The notes under the pieces were generated by a model. That model did not search any database, was not told the DNA's origin, and saw only the letters and a list, made by a program, of their open reading frames with translations. Source: Candidatus Yanofskybacteria bacterium (GTDB lineage: Bacteria > Patescibacteriota > Minisyncoccia > 2-02-FULL-40-12 > IGHO2-01-FULL-4-A). From it: a stretch of 64,000 nucleotides of DNA. Positions 1-7,930 of this stretch are shown here, one piece after another. Numbering within the stretch: position 1 is the stretch's first letter; every line of letters begins with the position of its first letter. The DNA lies in the NCBI GenBank assembly GCA_016181175.1, contig JACOZV010000004.1, positions 7,718 to 71,717 on the forward strand. Direction: 5' to 3'. A program made the translations under genes and the position numbers.

Positions 1-28
1 AATTAAAAAACTAGCTCTAGCAATCCCC

Positions 29-60
29 AACCAAAAACCCCGATAACGGGGTTTTTGGTT
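29..60. terminator. Rho-independent terminator hairpin (13-bp stem aaccaaaaacccc/ggggtttttggtt, loop gataac), symmetric A/T flanks
   Basis: Perfect 13-bp inverted repeat with A-tract before and T-tract after; lies downstream of minus-strand tRNA-Trp/rpmG. Confidence 0.6.
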
Positions 61-122
61 GGGTCCTTCCTTCGCGGTCTAGAAGCGGGTTTTACCCGCC
101 GTAGCCCGCTTAGGTGGGCGAA

Positions 123-195
123 GGCGGGGGCGTCCCGACTCGAACGGGAATTGACGGTTTTGGAGACCGTAGTCCTGCCATTGAACGACGCCCCC
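123..195 (-). tRNA. tRNA-Trp (anticodon CCA)
   Basis: Reverse complement folds as cloverleaf: acceptor GGGGGCG/CGCCCCC, D-loop AATGG, anticodon loop CTCCAAA, T-arm TCCCG-TTCGAGT-CGGGA; close to E. coli tRNA-Trp. Confidence 0.85.
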
Positions 196-213
196 AAAAT
201 AGTGCTTAAGGCA

Positions 214-372
214 CTATTTTTTTGTTTCTTTGTGCATCACGTGCTTTCTGCAAAACTTGCAGAATTTCTTCATTTCGATTGTCCGCGTAACCAGTTTCTT
301 ATTTTTCGTAGAAAAATAATTGACTTGCTTGCAGATGCTGCACTTTAATTTTATTAGGTTATCTTGGGACAT
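214..372 (-). CDS. rpmG: 50S ribosomal protein L33
   Basis: 52-aa product MSQDNLIKLKCSICKQVNYFSTKNKKLVTRTIEMKKFCKFCRKHVMHKETKK with L33 Cys pairs and KETK C-terminus; ATG at 370-372; canonical tRNA-Thr/rpmG/tRNA-Trp context. Confidence 0.85.
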   Translation of the reverse strand: MSQDNLIKLKCSICKQVNYFSTKNKKLVTRTIEMKKFCKFCRKHVMHKETKK

Positions 373-390
373 ATTGTTTATTATTAACTT

Positions 391-465
391 TGGAGCCAGC
401 GGTCGGAATCGGACCGACGCTCTTTCCCTTACCATGGGAGTGCTTTACCACTAAGCTACGCTGGC
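391..465 (-). tRNA. tRNA-Thr (anticodon GGT), CCA encoded
   Basis: rc = GCCAGCG TA GCTT AGTGGTA AAGC A CTCCC ATGGTAA GGGAA AGAGC GTCGG TCCGATT CCGAC CGCTGGC T CCA. Confidence 0.85.
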
Positions 466-469
466 ATAA

Positions 470-506
470 TACCATGGAGTTGCTCTTCCACTGAGCTACA
501 ACGGCC
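470..506 (-). pseudogene. Truncated tRNA copy (5' half only: acceptor + D-arm + anticodon stem/GGT), Thr-GGT-like
   Basis: rc = GGCCGTTGTAGCTCAGTGGAAGAGCAACTCCATGGTA, then runs directly into the complete tRNA-Thr(GGT); no matching 3' half. Confidence 0.5.
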
Positions 507-523
507 TCACACCTACTTAGCTT
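503..523. repeat. Left terminal inverted repeat (21 bp, ggcctcacacctacttagctt) of GIY-YIG cassette
   Basis: Perfect reverse-complement match to 778-798. Confidence 0.7.
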
Positions 524-776
524 CAACAACACAATTCTTAATTCGCCTTTTAAGTTGCAGGTATGCGTTTCCTCTCAATTTTATACTATATTCTCTATGC
601 TTGGCATCTCCTTGCGAATAATAACTTTCATAGTATATCAGCCACCAAGGAATATTCAACTTTGTGGCTTTAACCAAACCAAAATTGTGTTGTTGGAATC
701 TTAACGTAAGATCGTGGGTATAGCCAAAGTATAATTGGCCATCTTTTTTACTTTTCAAAACATAAAAATAATACAT
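513..776 (-). CDS. GIY-YIG nuclease superfamily protein (UPF0213/YhbQ-like, ~87 aa)
   Basis: MYYFYVLKSKKDGQLYFGYTHDLTLRFQQHN...REYSIK matches the GIY-YIG domain (YVYIL...DGSLYIGYT.DL.RR..EHN...RE..IK); ATG at 774-776; ORF-finder TTG start lies inside the inverted repeat. Confidence 0.75.
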   Translation of the reverse strand: MYYFYVLKSKKDGQLYFGYTHDLTLRFQQHNFGLVKATKLNIPWWLIYYESYYSQGDAKHREYSIKLRGNAYLQLKRRIKNCVVEAK

Positions 777-777
777 A

Positions 778-798
778 AAGCTAAGTAGGTGTGAGGCC
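778..798. repeat. Right terminal inverted repeat (21 bp) of GIY-YIG cassette
   Basis: Perfect reverse complement of 503-523. Confidence 0.7.
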
Positions 799-838
799 AA
801 CGGCCTTTTTTATCAACATTTTTTAACTTTATTTTTAT

Positions 839-853
839 TCTGTGGGGGCGGTA
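839..853. repeat. 15-bp direct repeat ctgtgggggcggtag (copy 1), identical to the 3' end of tRNA-Tyr
   Basis: Exact copy of 1040-1054 (the tRNA-Tyr acceptor/T-arm 3' end on the minus strand). Confidence 0.7.
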
Positions 854-1039
854 GCGTTGAAAACCAACTGCTTGGTTTTCAACGGGAATTTTAGCTTTGC
901 CTTGTGCGAATAGCACGGCAAAGCGTTATAAAAATTCCCATGCACCGTATTCGCTAAAAGCGAACTTGATGCAAATCTGCTGCTTCGCAGCAAGTCCAGA
1001 AACATAATCGCCGTAGGTAGTTATGTTTCTGGACTCTAT
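854..1039. ncRNA. Hairpin-dense 186-bp element (candidate structured RNA or miniature inserted element); strand undetermined
   Basis: Consecutive perfect stems: 13 bp (CGTTGAAAACCAA/TTGGTTTTCAACG), nested GGAATTTT...AAAATTCC with inner GCTTTGCC/GGCAAAGC and GTGC/GCAC, TTCGC/GCGAA, TGCTGC/GCAGCA, 13 bp TCCAGAAACATAA/TTATGTTTCTGGA; no ORF. Confidence 0.35.
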
Positions 1040-1054
1040 CTGTGGGGGCGGTAG
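1040..1054. repeat. 15-bp direct repeat copy 2 (native 3' end of tRNA-Tyr)
   Basis: Identical to 839-853. Confidence 0.7.
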
Positions 1055-1126
1055 GATTTGCACCTACGTAGGCACAAGGCCAGCAGATTTACAGTCTGCC
1101 CTCGTTGACTGCTTGAGTACACCCCC
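1043..1126 (-). tRNA. tRNA-Tyr (anticodon GTA), long variable arm
   Basis: rc = GGGGGTG TA CTC AAGCAGTCAAC GAG G GCAGA CTGTAAA TCTGC TGGCCTTGTGCC (variable hairpin) GTAGG TGCAAAT CCTAC CGCCCCC A. Confidence 0.8.
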
Positions 1127-1142
1127 TATTTTGGCCAACCGA

Positions 1143-1217
1143 TGGAGCCGACCCCGAGATTCGAACTCGGAACCTACGCTTTACAAAAGCGTTGCTCTGC
1201 CGTTGAGCTAGATCGGC
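1143..1217 (-). tRNA. tRNA-Thr (anticodon TGT), CCA encoded
   Basis: rc = GCCGATC TA GCTC AACGGCA GAGC A ACGCT TTTGTAA AGCGT AGGTT CCGAG TTCGAAT CTCGG GGTCGGC T CCA. Confidence 0.85.
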
Positions 1218-1822
1218 AACTTTTCCAATTTTTTTAAGAGTCGTGTGAGTTTGTTCCGAGTTGTTTCGTCCTCCGGATCAAGTTCTGCGGCTTTTTTAAA
1301 AGACTCAACTGCATCGTGCCACTCCTCCATTTTCATATATATATTGCCTAATTTTTTATAAAGCCCAGCGTCCTTTGGATTTGTTGCTATTTCAAGAATC
1401 AACTTATGTTCTTGCTCTTCTAAATCTACTCCCCTGCCACTGTCGCTACTAATCCTGACTTCTTGTTCGGCCTGGGCGGCCGCTTCGCTACTTATCACGC
1501 TCTCGTGATGCATCACTGATTTGCGAACCCTATTGATTAACCGATTGGTGACCGCGTCAAGTTTTAGCGAAAATAGTCTTAATTTCCTCAAAAATTTTTC
1601 AAATTCAGCAAGAAAATTAAGACGATATTGCCTTAAATCTACTTTCTGAATATAGGCAGTGGGCACCGGAAAAAATTCAGCCCAAAAACCAGACTGTTCC
1701 GGCACAACACTCTCAACCACTTCGGGGGTAAGTTTTTTAAGATAAACGAACTTTCGGCTTATAATCCAGCCGATAGAGACTATAGAGAAAATAAAAATAC
1801 CAAATGGAATGAAAAAAAACAT
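1208..1822 (-). CDS. Membrane-anchored protein with C-terminal TPR-like repeats (hypothetical)
   Basis: N-terminal TM (MFFFIPFGIFIFSIVSIGWII), C-terminal KLGNIYMKMEEWHDAVESFKKAAELDPED TPR motif; stop overlaps tRNA-Thr(TGT) by ~10 nt. Confidence 0.55.
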   Translation of the reverse strand: MFFFIPFGIFIFSIVSIGWIISRKFVYLKKLTPEVVESVVPEQSGFWAEFFPVPTAYIQKVDLRQYRLNFLAEFEKFLRKLRLFSLKLDAVTNRLINRVRKSVMHHESVISSEAAAQAEQEVRISSDSGRGVDLEEQEHKLILEIATNPKDAGLYKKLGNIYMKMEEWHDAVESFKKAAELDPEDETTRNKLTRLLKKLEKLPI

Positions 1823-1824
1823 GT

Positions 1825-2274
1825 TTAGAGTTGCAGTCGGCAAAACTTACCTATCTTTATGTTCTCCCCGAGTTTAGCTATATATTGAGTTATCAATTCT
1901 TCAACGGTAACATCTTGATCGCGAATATATGGCTGGCTTAAAAGCTCGGGGCCGTCTTGCGGATCCATTGCCGCAACCTGCATCGCCACCTCGTGGGCCA
2001 GTTCACTGAACATGGGATTTCGCGCCACAAAATCCGTTTCGCACAAAAGTTCCAACAATACACCCACTTTTTTGTTGGAATGAATATAGGCCTCAACTAA
2101 TCCTTGTCCGGTAGTACGCAATGCCTTTTTTTCAGCCACCTTAACGCCATGTGCCTTTAATACCTCCAAAGCTCGCGCCTTATCCCCGCCGGATTCATCC
2201 AGAGCTTTTTTTATCTCGTTAAAAGACAGGCCTGTTGAATCACGAAGTTCTTTTAATAGTTCTACATGGGACAT
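1825..2274 (-). CDS. tsf: Elongation factor Ts (short form)
   Basis: N-terminal UBA-like LLKELRDSTGLSFNEIKKALDESGGDKARALEVLKAHG; immediately downstream of rpsB. Confidence 0.8.
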   Translation of the reverse strand: MSHVELLKELRDSTGLSFNEIKKALDESGGDKARALEVLKAHGVKVAEKKALRTTGQGLVEAYIHSNKKVGVLLELLCETDFVARNPMFSELAHEVAMQVAAMDPQDGPELLSQPYIRDQDVTVEELITQYIAKLGENIKIGKFCRLQL

Positions 2275-2289
2275 ACATAATTGGGTTAA

Positions 2290-2988
2290 TTAAGGATTAG
2301 TGACGCCCTTGCATATTGCTTCCAATATGAGTTCTACTGATTTCTTGGAATTGTCGTTGGCCCCGATAGGATAATCGATCAGTTTGGGGTCACTATCGGT
2401 ATTAACTATGCCAACGACTTTAACACCTGCTCTTTTGGCTTCATGAACTGGCAATTGGCTCTCCTTAAGCGAGGTAATAAAAATTATGTCGGGAATACGT
2501 GACAGTTTGCGGATACCGCCGAATTTCAACTTCAGGCCTGCGATTTCTTTTTCTTTTAACACCTTTTCTTTTTTAGTAAACTTGTCAAAACCGCCTTCGG
2601 CTTGTTTTTTTTCAAGTTCTTCCAAATATTTAATCCTACCGGTAATTGTTTTGAAATTTGTCAAAGTGCCCCCAAGCCAGCGGTTGATTACATACGGCAT
2701 ACCCAATGTCTCGGCTGTTGTTTTAATCGAGTCGGCAGATTGTTTGGTCAAACCAACAAATAAAATCATCTTGCTTTCTGCCATGGCTTTCTTTAAAAAA
2801 TCCACCGCCTTAACGAGCGAATCTGTTGTTTTGATCAAATCTAATATATAGATATTATCTTTCAGGGTATAGATGTACGGTTTCATGTTTGGGTGGAAAA
2901 TCGTCTTCTTGCGCCCAAAATGCATCCCCGCCCTTACCATATCCTCATAGGCCGGCAAAAAACTGATTGTATTGTTTACTTCAGGCAT
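2290..2988 (-). CDS. rpsB: 30S ribosomal protein S2
   Basis: MVRAGMHFGRKKTIFHPNMKPYIY...ILFVGLTKQS...INRWLGGTLTNFKTI matches S2; start likely MPEVNN. Confidence 0.85.
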   Translation of the reverse strand: MPEVNNTISFLPAYEDMVRAGMHFGRKKTIFHPNMKPYIYTLKDNIYILDLIKTTDSLVKAVDFLKKAMAESKMILFVGLTKQSADSIKTTAETLGMPYVINRWLGGTLTNFKTITGRIKYLEELEKKQAEGGFDKFTKKEKVLKEKEIAGLKLKFGGIRKLSRIPDIIFITSLKESQLPVHEAKRAGVKVVGIVNTDSDPKLIDYPIGANDNSKKSVELILEAICKGVTNP

Positions 2989-3244
2989 GCTGAAAATAAT
3001 AACAAAAAAATTGGGGATATGCAACACAGCACTCGCCACCCACAAAAATTACAAACTTAATTAGCAATAGGATTTATCTACCGGCTCCGCGCGCGCGTTT
3101 TGCTGGCCGCTACGCGAACAGGCACAAAACCCACGCGCCTTCACCGGAAAACCCGTCGGACTAGCACTTTGTCTTAGAAATTTACGACCGATAAAAACTG
3201 CCGATTGGTATCGGCTTGGGGTTTGTAATCTTTGATGAAAAACA

Positions 3245-3275
3245 AAAGCCGAGGTGTCTCGGCAAAAATTGACAG
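3245..3275 (-). terminator. Rho-independent terminator downstream of the giant surface-protein gene
   Basis: minus strand GCCGAGACACCTCGGC followed by TTTTGTTTTTC. Confidence 0.55.
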
Positions 3276-3288
3276 TTGCCCCTATGAC

Positions 3289-6200
3289 TTATTTATAAAA
3301 ATTCCAGAAATTTCCAAAAATATCTAACGCTTTGTCTTTTAACCCCCCCCCCCCCGTAACTTGTATTTCCAAACTGGAATCGCTGAAATTACCGGCCAGA
3401 TCAAAAACTCTGGCAGTTATTTTATGCTTTCCCGACTCAAAAAACGGGACAAGCAACTCCAAAGCAACAGGAAAAAATATTCCATCATCAATCTTAAAAT
3501 AAACAACCGGCTGAACAATTTCCTCGAAACCCACACTGAATTTAAATCTCACAGTCTCGCCGATTTTCACCGACAAAGAACTCGCCTTTATTACTGGCGG
3601 TGCCGGCGGCGTTGAATCAATCATAATTTTGAATTGGGAAACCGGCCCGAGACGGCCATCGGTGTCTTCTGCCTGGAGACGAAAATAGTATATGCTGTCT
3701 TCATCAATGGAGATGTTAAGAAAATTGTCCGAAGTTGAAACGGCTTTGCCCGGTATAAAGTCCGGGGTTTGATTCAACGCATAGTGATAAACGCCGCCTT
3801 CAAGCAACGGCCAAGCCAGCTGAATATCTTTTTTATGATACCAGCGATTGCTGTTGGGATGGCTTGGTGAAAATATGGGTATTATTTCATTAATGCTCGC
3901 GTTGGTTAATCCTTGTCGGGTAATACTGTAAAAAGCGTCACTTGCCGCCCTAAGCACATCGGTCCCCAAGCCGTCATTGGCAAGAACTTGCGTCCCTTCG
4001 GCGAATTTAAGCGAAGCCCCGCCCACAGTTAACGGCTGCACTACAAGCTCGGCTACCGTACCGGACGGTTCGGAAAATCCGGGATTAGGAACGCCGCAAA
4101 CAATTGTTACCGTTCCCGCCGCATTATCAATATCTTTTTCCAAAAAAAGTCCGGGATCGCACAAGGAATTGGCCGTCAAAATATCAACTATTTCAAACAC
4201 GCTCGGGTCATATTTTATTACCGCGCTCACGACATTGATAATTTCTCCACCGGTAAGCACCTTTATGGCAATGTTTTTTTCAACAAATTGGTTAATGATA
4301 TCCGCTTCAGGTTCAAATTTAATCGTAGAATTATAGATAGAATACGGCGCTCTTTCTAATTTTATAGAAATGCGGTCCAGTTTGTTGTAACTGATAAAAT
4401 ACATCACGGAAAATAAAGTCAGGGTTATAATTAAAATAGTTGGAATCCGATGCCTATGATGGAAAACACTCAGGAAAAAAGATAAATATATGAAAATCGC
4501 AAGAAAAGCAAGCGCCATAAAACCGGCCAAAACAATGCTATAGAAATTGTGGCTGGTCGGAAAAAGAATAATCGTTCCGCCGGGGCTTCCCTCAATTCCC
4601 GGAAATACGATATTGCTGACAATGTAATATTCCTCGCTTATTTTAAGTTCTTTGGCAAATTTAGGAACTTGTTTGGCAATTAGGTCGGAACCAACCGAGA
4701 AAAAGCTATTCAGTATAAAAATAGTATCCTTATCCTTTAAGCTTGTGCTGATTAAACCCTCCTCTGGAGTATAAAAAATAACATGCGAACCATTCTTCAA
4801 ATACTTGTCCTGAAACCGTACGGCATAAGAATTGTTAAATAAGTTTCCCAGAACAATAGCGCCGATAACTTTGTCATCTTCTAAAATAAGGGAGTTGCTT
4901 ATTGCGGCCAGGGGATTTTTGACCCCACGGACGATTTCAGTAACCGTTTCACCTTTAGCCACCCGCCTTCCTTGGATAGTGGTTTGAAAAACATTATCTC
5001 CGCGTTGATCCGGCAAATGTGAACGAACAAGCACAAATCCGTCCTTGTCAGTTACGGCAATAAAACTAAGTTCCCTTTCTTTTGCTTCAGCTTGCACGAT
5101 GGAGAGAAGCTCCAGCGTATCGCCTGCCTTCAGGGCATCGTTAAGAACTCCTGAAGAGACAATCTCCTCTCTTTGGTCAGAAATGTATTTGAGTTCCTCG
5201 GAAAAAACAGTCTTTAGTTGAATAATTTGTTTATCAGTTGAATAAGAATACCACAAGCCCAAGAGCCAGTTAGAAAATAGCATAATGATTACAAACACCA
5301 GAATGCTTAGCAATATTTCAATCATCTCTTTTTTGTGTATCCAGTCGGTTTTGCTTTTTTTATTTAATTTCTTTTTTTTACGATATTTTTTAATTAAATA
5401 ACTCTTAACTTCATGCCCAGTAGCTAGAATCTCCTTTTTTGTCGCGACAAAAATGAGCGCAATAATCAAAATAGAGGAAACCAAAAGCCATTCATTTTTA
5501 ATAAAGTTAATGAAGCCGCCGAATATCTTTGTCAAAAAGTCAAAAATTAGTTCGGTAAAAGACCCGGATTTTACCCTAAATGATACTCGGTTAGAATCAA
5601 TAGAAATGGCACTCCTGTCATCAACCGCCTGCGCCGTCACCTCGTGGCGACCTCCTCGTTCCGGCTTAAACTCAACCTGCCAATATCCATTGGCATCGGC
5701 GTGCGTTTCCAGTATGTATTCCGGGTTGACCCTGATGGCAACCCGAACTTTTTGGTTGGGCTTGGCTTTTCCATTTATAGTAATGGTTTCGCCTATTTTA
5801 ACTTGCGGCTTTTCTATTTGATTTAAAATCACCGGCTCTATTGATTGAATCTCCATTTGATAGTCAGATTCTGAATAATTCCCTGCTTTATCAAAAGCTC
5901 TTATGATAATCTTGCGCACCCCTGGCAATTGCAAAGGCATTTTATATAATCCGGCCAACCCCGGTTCTATTTTTAACCAGTCACTCTCACCGATTTTCAT
6001 TTCATATCTATCAATACCAGATGTACCGTCTGAAGTATCAAAAGCGAGTCTGGGTTGCGGGTTGGTTAAGTCCGCCACATCCAATCTGGTTATTTTAAAA
6101 TCTGCGGGTTTTTGGGTATCAACGTTAAACTTAAACGAAGTTACGGGACCTAATCCCGCTGGTGTTTTCGCACGGGCGTTAAAATAAAATTCGCCCTCTC

Positions 6201-6984
6201 CTACATCATCCAGAACTTTTTCTGAAATCGGAGGATCATAGCTTATTATCGGCGGGGAATTGTTTCTTCGGCTCAAAACCAAAATGACCTCGCCGGTATC
6301 TACCGGCAAATCCCATTTGAAAATTGGGTTATTATTTGAATACCACTTTAACTGGTCTGGATGGGTAGACGATGTAATAATCAACTGCTCCGCTGAAACA
6401 GGAGCGGGAGTTGTGACTATTTTGGGCGTTGCTTGAGACGATGCCTGCGGCGATACCGGTGTTACCTTTGGTAATACCGATATTGCCCTTAAAACATAAG
6501 CTCCGCCCGCTAACGATGATAAAACATTCGTACCCTGCCCATCATTGGCTAAAACCGCGCCGGATGAAAAAGAAACTTGAGTAGTTGCCACCGCCTTTGC
6601 CTTGAAGTTTATAGTAAGAATATTGCCTGATGTTCCCGTATATCCAGGATTAAAAACAATGCCGCCGAAATTTATCGTTCCCAGCGCATTGGAAAAATCG
6701 GGTTCTTGCACCCAGAGACTGAAAATAGAACCAGTCCTCGTAAGAGACGTAACCGCGAGTTCAGCAGGATTAAATTTTAGTATGCCTACAGCGGCGTTAA
6801 TTGAAACACCGGCGCTATTAATCCTGATAGAAACACTAAAGTTGCTCCCATTATTATAAGTTCCCGAACCTGGAGATATAAAAAGCGTCGCGGCTCGCGC
6901 TAAAGAAAAGGGAAACAGAAACAAAAGCAAAGAAATTGCTGGAATTGCCCACTGCTTTTTAAATTTTATTTTTAACCCCTCCAA
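3289..6984 (-). CDS. Giant (1231 aa) cell-surface protein: signal peptide, N-terminal and C-proximal cohesin-like beta-sandwich domains, central two-TM segment enclosing a sensor-like extracytoplasmic region
   Basis: Signal peptide WAIPAISLLLFLFPFSLARA; two domains each ending in VLANDG.GT.VL; TM helices around aa 500 and 780; TTG start. Confidence 0.75.
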   Translation of the reverse strand: MEGLKIKFKKQWAIPAISLLLFLFPFSLARAATLFISPGSGTYNNGSNFSVSIRINSAGVSINAAVGILKFNPAELAVTSLTRTGSIFSLWVQEPDFSNALGTINFGGIVFNPGYTGTSGNILTINFKAKAVATTQVSFSSGAVLANDGQGTNVLSSLAGGAYVLRAISVLPKVTPVSPQASSQATPKIVTTPAPVSAEQLIITSSTHPDQLKWYSNNNPIFKWDLPVDTGEVILVLSRRNNSPPIISYDPPISEKVLDDVGEGEFYFNARAKTPAGLGPVTSFKFNVDTQKPADFKITRLDVADLTNPQPRLAFDTSDGTSGIDRYEMKIGESDWLKIEPGLAGLYKMPLQLPGVRKIIIRAFDKAGNYSESDYQMEIQSIEPVILNQIEKPQVKIGETITINGKAKPNQKVRVAIRVNPEYILETHADANGYWQVEFKPERGGRHEVTAQAVDDRSAISIDSNRVSFRVKSGSFTELIFDFLTKIFGGFINFIKNEWLLVSSILIIALIFVATKKEILATGHEVKSYLIKKYRKKKKLNKKSKTDWIHKKEMIEILLSILVFVIIMLFSNWLLGLWYSYSTDKQIIQLKTVFSEELKYISDQREEIVSSGVLNDALKAGDTLELLSIVQAEAKERELSFIAVTDKDGFVLVRSHLPDQRGDNVFQTTIQGRRVAKGETVTEIVRGVKNPLAAISNSLILEDDKVIGAIVLGNLFNNSYAVRFQDKYLKNGSHVIFYTPEEGLISTSLKDKDTIFILNSFFSVGSDLIAKQVPKFAKELKISEEYYIVSNIVFPGIEGSPGGTIILFPTSHNFYSIVLAGFMALAFLAIFIYLSFFLSVFHHRHRIPTILIITLTLFSVMYFISYNKLDRISIKLERAPYSIYNSTIKFEPEADIINQFVEKNIAIKVLTGGEIINVVSAVIKYDPSVFEIVDILTANSLCDPGLFLEKDIDNAAGTVTIVCGVPNPGFSEPSGTVAELVVQPLTVGGASLKFAEGTQVLANDGLGTDVLRAASDAFYSITRQGLTNASINEIIPIFSPSHPNSNRWYHKKDIQLAWPLLEGGVYHYALNQTPDFIPGKAVSTSDNFLNISIDEDSIYYFRLQAEDTDGRLGPVSQFKIMIDSTPPAPPVIKASSLSVKIGETVRFKFSVGFEEIVQPVVYFKIDDGIFFPVALELLVPFFESGKHKITARVFDLAGNFSDSSLEIQVTGGGGLKDKALDIFGNFWNFYK
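3343..3355. repeat. Homopolymer C13 (G13 on coding strand) inside the 3' end of the giant gene
   Basis: 13 consecutive C; encodes the GGGG in ...QVTGGGGLKDKALDIFGNFWNFYK, ~20 codons before the stop. Confidence 0.9.
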
Positions 6985-7003
6985 AGTTAAAATTGATAGC
7001 CTA

Positions 7004-7903
7004 CTATCTGAATCTTTTGTTATTTTTTATTAATTTTTTTGCTCTTCGTATTAACCGTGTTAAAAATGAAAAAAATAAAATAACCAAAAAAGTCGGCGTG
7101 CCAATTGCCAAATATGCAAATCCGTGGGGGACGAATTTCTCAATTCTTGCAAGCCCTACTTTATCCACGGCTTTTATCTCTATTATACTAAACGGATACA
7201 AATGCCGCAAAACATAAGGACTGTCTGCTTCACGCCACTGACCAAACAAACCAAGAGTTTTTTCCTTAACTTCATAGTGGCTAATGCCACTTCCCTTGTC
7301 TTGGGCTGAAAAAACGGCAACTCTGGCGCCATCAAATAAATTCTCGTTTTTGGTTATGAGTATCTCAAACTTTTCGGGCGCATAAAAATCCACAATTCGT
7401 GTTTTGATTATCTCTTGGTCGCCAGCTTCAAGAATATTAACAGCCGCTATCCCCGTGGTAACCGGCGCCTCCTGGCCTCCATCTTGGTGCAAATAAACCT
7501 TAAAATCTTCGAAAAATATCCGAGCTTCTCCTGTTTTCTTGGCCAAAAATGATAAATCAATAATTTTATCTTCCTTATCAGTGGTTGGTCCCTCTCCTCC
7601 GGGTATAATACCTGAAAATTTAATTGTATCTTTTCCGATTAAGGCTGGCCTATCAACCCATAAATTTATCAGCGAATTGGCATCAGAAAAATCTTTATAT
7701 TCAAGCAGGTTTGGGTCAAATTTGATTTTACTTTCTATGGCATTTATAAATTCTTCCGGATTTATCAGAACCTTAACTGAAAAAATCTGACCGGCCTCAA
7801 TTTCGCCCGGGATAGAAAAATATAATTTGGCCGCCGAGGCAAAATTAGAGAATAGTAAGTAGAAAGTAGAAAGTAGTAAAAAAATTAAATATTTTTTAAA
7901 CAT
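7004..7903 (-). CDS. Secreted cohesin-like domain protein with C-terminal TM anchor (299 aa)
   Basis: Signal peptide; domain pattern L.FSIPGEIEAGQIFSVKVLIN...SLINLWVDRP...FSGIIPGG parallels the N-terminal domain of the upstream giant protein; C-terminal TM TPTFLVILFFSFL. Confidence 0.6.
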   Translation of the reverse strand: MFKKYLIFLLLSTFYLLFSNFASAAKLYFSIPGEIEAGQIFSVKVLINPEEFINAIESKIKFDPNLLEYKDFSDANSLINLWVDRPALIGKDTIKFSGIIPGGEGPTTDKEDKIIDLSFLAKKTGEARIFFEDFKVYLHQDGGQEAPVTTGIAAVNILEAGDQEIIKTRIVDFYAPEKFEILITKNENLFDGARVAVFSAQDKGSGISHYEVKEKTLGLFGQWREADSPYVLRHLYPFSIIEIKAVDKVGLARIEKFVPHGFAYLAIGTPTFLVILFFSFLTRLIRRAKKLIKNNKRFR

Positions 7904-7930
7904 TTTTGTTCAGAAGTAATCTATCTGACT

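Noticed and set aside
839-1040. Possibility that the structured 186-bp region is a tRNA (e.g. missing tRNA-Gly) carrying a group I intron
   Set aside because: No T-arm/acceptor pairing beyond the 15-bp duplicated tRNA-Tyr tail; hairpins do not resemble group I P-elements; no 5' exon. Kept as undetermined structured element.
1023-1211. 62-aa plus-strand ORF (MFLDSICGGGRICTYVG...)
   Set aside because: Lies entirely antisense to tRNA-Tyr and tRNA-Thr(TGT); a GC-rich tRNA antisense artefact.
3081-3170. GC-rich segment upstream of rpsB considered as SRP (4.5S) RNA
   Set aside because: Lacks the conserved GGAAGCAGCC/GNAR helix-8 motif on either strand; more likely rpsB leader or spacer.
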